DNA of 64,000 nucleotides from Syncephalis fuscata S228 (Eukaryota; Fungi; Zoopagomycota), in the NCBI GenBank assembly GCA_025786725.1, contig JAHLTZ010000028.1, positions 306,833 to 370,832 of the forward strand. Reading direction: 5' to 3'. Both the position numbers and the translations under genes were made by a program. Below the pieces are notes generated by a model. The model was not told where the DNA came from, did no database searches, and saw only the letters and a program-made list of their open reading frames with translations. Below are positions 59,061 to 64,000 of this stretch, one piece after another. How positions within the stretch are numbered: the stretch's first letter is position 1; the number at the start of each line of letters is the position of its first letter.

Positions 59061-62015
59061 TTGCCTTATGTCTGGAGTAGACTGTTGCATGAAATCAAAC
59101 AGGGCAAAGTCGAAAGGTTGGGCTACATACTCCATTCGTATGTACCTTTGCATTGACGTCAAACTCGACCATATGCCTTGATACATTATCTTCGCGCTGC
59201 TGATACCAATGCTGTGGGTGGCGGACGCAAACGTGCGTCGTACGCTATGCGATGTTAATGTCTTAACCACCGCTGCTGGGGCACCCGCAGTCTTCATTAC
59301 CCGTTGTAATACTTGCGTGACGGTATAATGGCTCTGAAATATAGCCTTTTCAGTAAAAGGCGGGCTCCATATTGTTTCTGTATTACTACTAATAAATTGT
59401 GTTGATTCCAAATAACGTCTGATGAGTGGTCCAACTATTGTGCGTGTTAAATCGATTGCAAGAATACGTCCTGCCTCATGCTTATGTCGTTTCGCGCCGT
59501 TAATTGTGATGGTAAGCATTGTATTCGTTACTTGTAAATCGGTCTTTTCTATCTTGAGTAGAGAAGAGGCACGCAGGCCGCATAACACGCCTATCAGAAT
59601 GATGTTTAAGTCGCGTAATGCCACCTCGTCGGTCAACAAGCCATCATTCGATACGTAAGGAGCCAACCAGGAGGAAGGAAAAAATGAATTACTTTTTGAT
59701 ACGGTTGGATTTTCAGCAAAAGTCCAAGCTGCGTACCCTTTGGATAATTGTGTGAGTAGTGTTGATTCAACTTCAGGGAAGCCGAGGTGATTATTAATTG
59801 ATCGTAACGCCGACATCCGTGCTTGTATAGTTGCAGGTGCCAACGCGCGTAAACTGGATGCGGCCATATAAACGGCCATCGCACCAATTTTTAGTGGAAA
59901 AGGGTGTTGCCCATACTCACGACAGAAACGCGCGTAACTGGAAACGTGGGAGCTATAAGTATTCCACGACGCTTCCGTATATTGTTTGTCGAGTAATTGG
60001 AACAAACGCTGTTGTTGTTCTGGATCTAAATTGACGGGCAACTGTAGTTGCTCCGCCCAGGCGCGTGATAGCTGCGTGCGCAAATACGAGCTCCGTCCAT
60101 GCGCGCCACCAAGATCTTCCAACTCGGATTGATCGCCGGTTCTGGAATGACGTCCGACCTTGTCATTACATTCGCCCAAACCCGAACGGAATCTACTGGC
60201 AACACGGCGGTTGTTATCAACTGCACGAGAGGCCACCACGGCTGGCTGGTCCAACGAGGCAAGATGACGGTAGCTTGCGCGCGATCTCGTATTAACTTGG
60301 TTAAGATTACGCCCATAAGGCCGAAAGGGGGATTGATAAAATTGTTTTCTCCCCGCCACGTAACCGACAGGGCATCTACCCCCTCGCACCCATCGTCTGC
60401 GTTGAGTGAATTGTAACGCGGTAGCAATGCGTTCCAGCCCGCCGCGAAACGATCTATGGTATGAGGGCCGAATGCTTCTTCTATCTCTTGGAACATAGGT
60501 GCCGGTAGTTGCCAATCGGACTTTTGGACGATTCGCGACAGGAAATCCGCCGCCACGTTGTATCGACCGGGTAAGTACTTGATTAGCCCCATCAAATGTA
60601 TTTCTTCTTGCTGACAGAGATTCCAAACCCGACGAACGATCGCGTGCAAAGAAGCGCTGGACGAGGCGAAAGCATTGAGCGCGCCGAGAGAAGCTTGGGC
60701 GTCCATCATGGCCTGCACCACCGATTGACGAATGATCGTCTGGAAGTTTTTTACTGCGTATAGCAATCCCAACGCCTCTCTGTGCACTATGTGCAACTCT
60801 TTCTCTTCCGCCCCCCACTGTCCGTAAGCCAATCTCTCTTCTCCTTGCCCGTCCACGATTGTTGCCCCCCATCCCTCGTCTGATGCATCCGTAGTAATAA
60901 CGTAGTCGGGCGGACGCTGAATGATCGACGCGGCAGGCTGATTGCTCACGATTTTCAAAATTCGCCTCATCTCTCTGACGCTTGCATTGCTGACCTTGAT
61001 CCGGGCTTGCCAATCCCCTCTCTTTTTCAGATCGTTGTATAATGCTCTTAGGTGCAACATTATATACGGGATTGCATGCCTCGCCGCGATCACCACCCCC
61101 GTCACTTGCGCCACCTCCCGCGCCACCACCATCCTGGCTTTCTTCGCGCACATCTTTAAAACTCCTAGCAAGGTAAGCTTTATTTTCTCCCGATATGAAT
61201 CTGTCAGTTGAAATTCCATTGCGCGCAGATCTATACGGTAACCAAGATGATCTATTACCTGAGTCGGCTCCCACACACATTTCGTCGGATGTGGCTGTAA
61301 TCCTAAACTTCTTAACAGCAATTGCGTCTTGAGCGGCCATTCCTGAGCCATTTGCACGTGATTGAGCAGAATCAGAAAGTCGTCTAGGTACGCCAGACAA
61401 CGCAATCCTTGCTCGCGCAAATATTGCACCATGGGCCGCATTGTCTTGACGAAGAAATACGGGGACAGACTCCACCCGAACGGGAGGGATTGGTACTGGT
61501 AATACCGACCTAGTATTTCCGTTTGAAAATACTTTTGCTGATTGGGACGTAGGCCCACCGCCAGATAACCATCCTTCAGATCGAAGGCTATGGCGCGGTC
61601 TTCCGGTTGAGCCAAGTACTTGAGCACTCTTAAGTCTTCGTAACGCATCGGCGATTCTGAACAGTGTTGGTTTAGATGTCGCAGGTCGATTATTAGGCGG
61701 TATCCCTGCGGCTTGCGAGGGATGATAAACGACGGCGACACGTGAATGGCTTGGCTGGCCGGGATTTCGATTATGGCACCGGCCTGCAATAATCGATGAA
61801 CTTCCTGCTGTAAGAACAGGACCTCCGCAGGATCGCGGGTCTGGTAGGATCGATAGCGGAACGGAGCAGGAGGCCCTTGCGCGCCCCATGGTACCGCTAC
61901 GCCATGCCGGATCCACTTCATCACTCTTCGACTTGCCCCTATAGAATGCCACCTTTTCCAGGCCGATCTTACACGTAAATGCAGGGGCTGATCGACCGGA
62001 GGTGGCCGGTAGGAT
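59058..62015 (-). CDS. Long open frame ending in a tyrosine recombinase (YR region ~59058-60000)
   Basis: Catalytic set CGLRAS (R), GAKRHK (K), SHSVRR (HxxR), QGIWSS (W), MQRY (Y) plus an N-terminal SAM-like region. Frame is open from the gag stop; first ATG at 61889; real start unknown. Confidence 0.88.
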   Translation of the reverse strand: MLPATSGRSAPAFTCKIGLEKVAFYRGKSKSDEVDPAWRSGTMGRARASCSVPLSILPDPRSCGGPVLTAGSSSIIAGRCHNRNPGQPSHSRVAVVYHPSQAAGIPPNNRPATSKPTLFRIADALRRLKSAQVLGSTGRPRHSLRSEGWLSGGGPTSQSAKVFSNGNTRSVLPVPIPPVRVESVPVFLRQDNAAHGAIFARARIALSGVPRRLSDSAQSRANGSGMAAQDAIAVKKFRITATSDEMCVGADSGNRSSWLPYRSARNGISTDRFISGENKAYLARSFKDVREESQDGGGAGGGASDGGGDRGEACNPVYNVAPKSIIQRSEKERGLASPDQGQQCKRQRDEANFENREQSACRVDHSASARLRYYYGCIRRGMGGNNRGRARRREIGLRTVGGGRERVAHSAQRGVGIAIRSKKLPDDHSSIGGAGHDGRPSFSRRAQCFRLVQRFFARDRSSGLESLSARRNTFDGANQVLTRSIQRGGGFPVANRPKVRLATTGTYVPRDRRSIRPSYHRSFRGGLERIATALQFTQRRRWVRGGRCPVGYVAGRKQFYQSPFRPYGRNLNQVNTRSRASYRHLASLDQPAVVASRAVDNNRRVASRFRSGLGECNDKVGRHSRTGDQSELEDLGGAHGRSSYLRTQLSRAWAEQLQLPVNLDPEQQQRLFQLLDKQYTEASWNTYSSHVSSYARFCREYGQHPFPLKIGAMAVYMAASSLRALAPATIQARMSALRSINNHLGFPEVESTLLTQLSKGYAAWTFAENPTVSKSNSFFPSSWLAPYVSNDGLLTDEVALRDLNIILIGVLCGLRASSLLKIEKTDLQVTNTMLTITINGAKRHKHEAGRILAIDLTRTIVGPLIRRYLESTQFISSNTETIWSPPFTEKAIFQSHYTVTQVLQRVMKTAGAPAAVVKTLTSHSVRRTFASATHSIGISSAKIMYQGIWSSLTSMQRYIRMEYVAQPFDFALFDFMQQSTPDIRQ

Positions 62016-62023
62016 TCAGGCAT
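60026..62023 (-). CDS. Reverse transcriptase - RNase H - N6-adenine methyltransferase-like polyprotein
   Basis: YRLIIDLRHLN, FDLKDGY, LPFGWSLSP, YLDD (61390-61379), RNase H TTDASDEGWGA and HIVHREAL, MT IDRFA...VDAL...NPPF (60334-60323)...PRWTSQPWW. Confidence 0.95.
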   Translation of the reverse strand: MPESYRPPPVDQPLHLRVRSAWKRWHSIGASRRVMKWIRHGVAVPWGAQGPPAPFRYRSYQTRDPAEVLFLQQEVHRLLQAGAIIEIPASQAIHVSPSFIIPRKPQGYRLIIDLRHLNQHCSESPMRYEDLRVLKYLAQPEDRAIAFDLKDGYLAVGLRPNQQKYFQTEILGRYYQYQSLPFGWSLSPYFFVKTMRPMVQYLREQGLRCLAYLDDFLILLNHVQMAQEWPLKTQLLLRSLGLQPHPTKCVWEPTQVIDHLGYRIDLRAMEFQLTDSYREKIKLTLLGVLKMCAKKARMVVAREVAQVTGVVIAARHAIPYIMLHLRALYNDLKKRGDWQARIKVSNASVREMRRILKIVSNQPAASIIQRPPDYVITTDASDEGWGATIVDGQGEERLAYGQWGAEEKELHIVHREALGLLYAVKNFQTIIRQSVVQAMMDAQASLGALNAFASSSASLHAIVRRVWNLCQQEEIHLMGLIKYLPGRYNVAADFLSRIVQKSDWQLPAPMFQEIEEAFGPHTIDRFAAGWNALLPRYNSLNADDGCEGVDALSVTWRGENNFINPPFGLMGVILTKLIRDRAQATVILPRWTSQPWWPLVQLITTAVLPVDSVRVWANVMTRSDVIPEPAINPSWKILVARMDGARICARSYHAPGRSNYSCPSI

Positions 62024-63044
62024 TTCCGGCCCCGCCCGCCGGACCACCACCGCGCTGTGGCGGGGCGGATTTCTTGGGGTCGGTGGCCGTCGTGCCTTTA
62101 CCAAGCTTGGTGGTGGAATGACTTAAACTTTTGAAAGTTTGCGCTGTCTCTGTCTTCCGTTTGGCCCGCAAAATCTCGGATTGGATGTTGCTGGTGTATC
62201 GGGTCATGCCAACCGTATCCATACGCGATTCCACCTGGCGGATGGCCTCATCACTCAATTCAGACCTGGCCCGGACCATTGAATAACGAGTTAATATAGT
62301 CCGTTCCAATACTTGCAACACGCAGGCTAACACCGTATACGCGGATGTACCCTCACGCATGTCCACATTCCACAATGACAAGGCTTGGATAGTCTTTACC
62401 AGGTAAAGCACCATGGATAACACAGCACGTCCTTCCCTTTGCCCTTCACCGGTAAGCTTGTTGAAGACGTCGTCTTGAATAGTGTTGAGATTTTGTGGTT
62501 TAGGATCCATGTAATTAACGATGGGAATAAAACCCACGAACGGCATGAATAAATCTTCCGTTTGGGCAAATTCAGAAGGCGATTCGTTAAAACGGGTTCC
62601 TCTAAGCAATAACTCCACGAAATCAGGTGAATTGGGATCCAACTCTTCCGGCAAATCCGTGTATTCAACATCCGTTCGCGCCACCCGGACCCGCGGATCC
62701 TCTCCTTCCGATTCCTCGTCTGGTTCCCTAGGGTCCCCGTCGTTTTGCGTCGAACGACCCGTACCAAGTCGTTTGGTGGCGATGATATGTCGCATGCGAT
62801 TCACGTCCTGCCGAGCAGTGGCGTTATGGCCGGATGCTTCGACCAGTTGATTTGCACCTGCCCTCGGCTCTTCCAACAGATGACCAGGCGTGTCAGTCTG
62901 ATCATGGTCTTCAACGGGGCGGTTCGATCCGATCTTCATGGCTTGGGCAAGCTGGGTAACAATGGCAGCCAAATCCTCCTCGTGCAGGCGTACCACTGAT
63001 GACTCAGGTTCCTCTGAACCACTCTGGCTCTGATCTTCAGACAT
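62016..63044 (-). CDS. ORF1, gag-like protein of the retrotransposon
   Basis: 342-aa ATG-initiated ORF just inside repeat A1 and upstream of RT; assignment is positional, no zinc knuckle seen. Confidence 0.8.
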   Translation of the reverse strand: MSEDQSQSGSEEPESSVVRLHEEDLAAIVTQLAQAMKIGSNRPVEDHDQTDTPGHLLEEPRAGANQLVEASGHNATARQDVNRMRHIIATKRLGTGRSTQNDGDPREPDEESEGEDPRVRVARTDVEYTDLPEELDPNSPDFVELLLRGTRFNESPSEFAQTEDLFMPFVGFIPIVNYMDPKPQNLNTIQDDVFNKLTGEGQREGRAVLSMVLYLVKTIQALSLWNVDMREGTSAYTVLACVLQVLERTILTRYSMVRARSELSDEAIRQVESRMDTVGMTRYTSNIQSEILRAKRKTETAQTFKSLSHSTTKLGKGTTATDPKKSAPPQRGGGPAGGAGNA

Positions 63045-63136
63045 GTTTAAAGATAGTATATCTTATTTGTAAATAACAAGAATAAAAACCTTTGACTTTG
63101 CTTAATCAAATATGAACGCTTTATTTTGAGTGCTTT

Positions 63137-63268
63137 GTGGAGGGACGAAGCAACTTAAAATAAAGGAGAAAAGTAGTGGAATCCGATGAATTGGATTCCT
63201 CGGCTTCCTTTATAGTTGTTTTGTCCCGACAATAAAGCGCTATTTAAAATTTTTAAATAGCCGCATTA
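63137..63268 (-). repeat. Direct repeat A1 (5' end of the retrotransposon)
   Basis: 132 bp identical to 58929-59060. Confidence 0.95.
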
Positions 63269-64000
63269 ACTAACTAGTTGATTGACTAATATTAGCTGGC
63301 TATTACTATTGCTTTGACTAATTAACTAATTGACAAGTATTAAACACCAAGCATTATTAACTAACTATTAAACATCAATCATTATTTATTAATTAACTAG
63401 CTATTAACTAATAGCAAATAAATTATTATTGACTAATTAATTAACTATTAACTGGATTATTAATTAACACAGTTTAACTTTATAGTCTATATTCTATTAT
63501 TAAATAACAAGGGATACCCTTACATTTTTAGTTAATTACTGATTGACTAATTACTTAACTTTAGTCTATTTTTATTAACAAAATGGCAAGGGATACTCTT
63601 GCACTTTTAATTAACTTTTAGTCTATTTTTATTAACAAAATAGCAAGGATACCCTTATATTTCTAGTCAAATATTACTTAACTTTTTACTTAACTTTAGT
63701 TAACTTTAATTAACTTTTTTAGCCGTATATTTGGTCGATTTTTGTTGGATTTTTGTCGGTTTTTTTGGGAAAAACGGCCCAACTCCCGTATTTTTAATTC
63801 CACGGATACTTGTCCTAAAAATACACGGTGCCACTTGTTCGAACCGCAAGAAGCAGGCGCGTCGATCCTGATATGCTAAATAATCGCCAAAAATCGTGGG
63901 AATGCGTGAAAAATACGTGGAGTTGGACCTCCATACAAAAAACGGCACTTTTTGCATGTTTTGATTTTTAATTCATTGGATAAATTTTTGGCGATTTTTT
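63269..64000. repeat. Next satellite unit: AT-rich leader plus first arm, truncated by the window end
   Basis: 63265-63560 parallels ~54901-55230; 63610-64000 parallels ~55360-55750. Confidence 0.93.

Larger units (their letters stand above)
58761..63268 (-). mobile_element. Tyrosine-recombinase (DIRS order) retrotransposon, MT-containing, split-direct-repeat (PAT-like) architecture, apparently intact
   Basis: gag-like, RT-RNaseH-MT and YR ORFs; identical 132-bp direct repeats 63137-63268 and 58929-59060; 10-bp repeat attattgcct at 59057-59066 and 58760-58769; much higher GC than flanks. Confidence 0.92.

Noticed and set aside
58929-63268. Classical LTR retrotransposon (two direct repeats flanking gag-pol)
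   Set aside because: No protease or DDE integrase, no TG...CA ends or PBS seen; a tyrosine recombinase and MT are present and the element appears to extend beyond the second repeat.

Overview
AT-rich, intron-dense eukaryotic (fungal) DNA with short GTAAGT...CTAAY...YAG introns. Gene style suggests an early-diverging fungus, possibly Zoopagomycota/Syncephalis-like (inference only). 1-52 kb is a compact housekeeping neighbourhood: RFC3, an RA-PH protein, NAF1, AFG2, BuGZ/ZNF207-like, DUS2, LOA1-like, LYAR-like, RPL38, SIN3, CDC26-like, RPT2, an ankyrin protein, calnexin, two OLE1-type desaturases, mitochondrial uL14, a GNAT, a secreted pseudo-metallophosphoesterase and a multi-TM receptor-like protein. 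A non-autonomous long-TIR element sits upstream of RFC3. From ~52 kb genes stop. An AT-rich leader runs into a ~3.4-kb palindrome made of nested palindromes (candidate centromeric/heterochromatic satellite). Next comes an intact tyrosine-recombinase retrotransposon (gag, RT-RNaseH-N6-adenine methyltransferase, YR) with split direct repeats, inserted in the leader of the next repeat unit. In that element a single TGA separates gag from a 985-codon in-frame ORF ending in the recombinase, and the RT start lies just before that stop (ATGccTGA) inside a GC hairpin. Several conserved genes carry single-base deletions that look like long-read consensus errors. Exon boundaries were read by eye; no database searches were run.
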